The position numbers and the translations under genes are program-made. 64,000 nucleotides of DNA, taken from contig NEEC01000012.1 in assembly GCA_002189035.1 (NCBI GenBank), positions 2,046,001-2,110,000 of the forward strand, written 5' to 3'. The notes beneath the pieces were generated by a model. That model was not told where the DNA came from, did not search any database, and saw only the letters and a program-made list of their open reading frames with translations. The stretch comes from Utricularia gibba (lineage: Eukaryota > Plantae > Magnoliophyta). This document shows, piece by piece, positions 62,594 through 64,000 of the stretch. The number at the start of each line of letters is the position of its first letter. Within the stretch, counting starts at the first letter, position 1.

Positions 62594-64000
62594 ATGGGGC
62601 CTATCAGGAATAACAAGAAAAGGAAAATGGAGAAGAAAGTGGATGATAATTCTCTAGTTTCCGGGTCCTCGGAGGAGGATTTTACACAGTGGTGGGAAAC
62701 TCTTTCAAAAACAGTTGCAGGTAATACATAAAATGTCTGTTTGCATGACAGCTCTGTACATGGCAGTCATCTATATCCATGTTCCTACTTATCCTGTTAT
62801 GCCTCTGTTCTGTGATGGCTGCATTCCTGATCTGGAAAAATGAACAGGTTAGAATAGTATGGTTGCTTCTGTCTCGTTTTCCACATCAGTTGCATTTTCT
62901 CCTTGCTCTAGCGGCTGCATGAGAAATGGATCCGAGTTGCATTCTGTCTTCCCCATTTACCTGAACTTCACTGCTCTGAAGTTCATTTCTTGCATTCTTG
63001 CAGGCGATCCATCGTGTTCACGGCCATTGGACCAGTTCAAAAACACCTTCCGGATGTCGAAAAAATGCTTCGATTACATCTGCTCACTGGTGAGGGATCA
63101 CATGATGGTTAAGACACACTTTGCCTTCTCAAACGGGAAGCTCATGTCACTGTATGATCAAGTGGCTTTAGCTCTCACACGCCTTGCTTCTGGTAACTCA
63201 TTGATCTCGATCGGCGACTCGTTCGGCGCGCACCATTCGACGGTGTCGCAGATCACTTGGCGCTTCGTTGAAGGCATAGAAGAGAACGGCCTCCGCCACC
63301 TCCAGTGGCCGTCATCGGAGCATGAAATGAGCAGAATAAAGCAGAAGTTTGAGAAAATCAGGGGCTTCCCAACTGCTGTGGTGCAATAGACACTACTCAT
63401 GTAACGATGCTGCTGACCTCTTCAGACCAAGAATCTGAAACCTGGCTGGATGAGATGCAGAACCACAGCATGATACTGCAGGCCATCGTTGGCCCTGATA
63501 TGAGATTCCTGAGTGTTGTCACTGGCTGGCCGGGAAAACTGAACGACTCCTCCGTCCTGCAGAACTCCAACTTCTTCAAACTCTGCGAAAACAGGCGGAA
63601 GCTCGACGGCCGGAAGATGCATCTGTCCCAGGAAACAGAGCTGGGAGAGTACATAATCGGGGACTCAGGGTTCCCACTCCTGCCATGGCTCCTCACCCCA
63701 TACCAAGGCAAGGATCTCTCCGAAAACGAAGCAGAATTCAACAAGAGGCTCCTCGCAACTCATGCCGTCTCCCAGAAAGCTCTAGTGAGGCTCAAGGACG
63801 TGTGGAGGATGATCCATGGCGAAATGTGGCGACCAGACAAGCATAAGCTTCCCAGATTCATCCTCGTCTGCTGCATTCTTCACAACATCGTCATCGAAAT
63901 GGATGGCGGAGATGACTTTCTCCCAGCACAGCAGCAGCAGCCGCAGCATGATCCTGGATACAGACAACAAGTGTGTGAAACCGTTGATAAAGCTGCGTTG
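62594..64000 (+). CDS. ALP1-like / HARBI1-like domesticated Harbinger nuclease; exons 62594-62720 and 63004 to window end; one apparent -1 indel at 63368-63370; partial
   Basis: MGPIRNNKKRK, QWWE, FRMSKKCFDYICSLV, QVALALTRLASG, STVSQITWRFVE. After the indel: NCCGAIDTTH, GWPGKLND, EYIIGDSGFPLLPWLLTPY, CCILHNIVI. Confidence 0.9.

Noticed and set aside
5441-63370. Programmed ribosomal frameshifting as an explanation for the broken genes
   Set aside because: No shared slippery heptamer or downstream structure. The genes are unrelated, and the lesions fit sequencing error.
62594-64000. Active PIF/Harbinger transposon
   Set aside because: No TIRs or partner Myb ORF are visible, it has an ordinary gene structure with a long 5' leader, and the third catalytic acid is missing. 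It is treated as a domesticated gene.

Overview
This is plant nuclear DNA from a eudicot. It has about 21 apparently functional genes in 64 kb, introns mostly 70-110 nt, GC-rich exons and very AT-rich spacers. That compactness suggests a small genome such as Lentibulariaceae (inference only). Genes in order: GH17+X8 beta-1,3-glucanase, SpoU/MRM1-like methyltransferase, CPSF73-II, RIT1, DUF1640/CCDC90, PERK kinase, SPX, PFK, AIRP2-like RING, AUX1/LAX, an 83-aa plant-specific protein, OCTOPUS-like DUF740, ataxin-3, RabA2, an uncharacterised LPQEWTY-family protein, a PLS-E PPR, LUX-like GARP, RDUF-like RING, and an ALP1/HARBI1-like gene that runs off the window end. Relics: an inverted PERK 3' fragment, an 18S rRNA fragment, a TRM7 pseudogene, a GRAS pseudogene and a candidate solo LTR. 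Seven single-base deletions break five otherwise intact genes; all can be placed in or next to short homopolymers and are most likely assembly errors. The strongest leads are (1) two new in-frame mini-exons in DUF1640 created by triplication of an intron-spanning segment, (2) a 72-nt perfect antisense copy of the PERK 3'UTR just downstream of DUF1640, (3) a decayed 18S fragment inside an inverted-repeat-bounded unit, and (4) a TSD-flanked solo LTR in the LUX promoter. I found no convincing new multi-gene system. Family assignments and Arabidopsis comparisons are from recalled motifs, not database searches.
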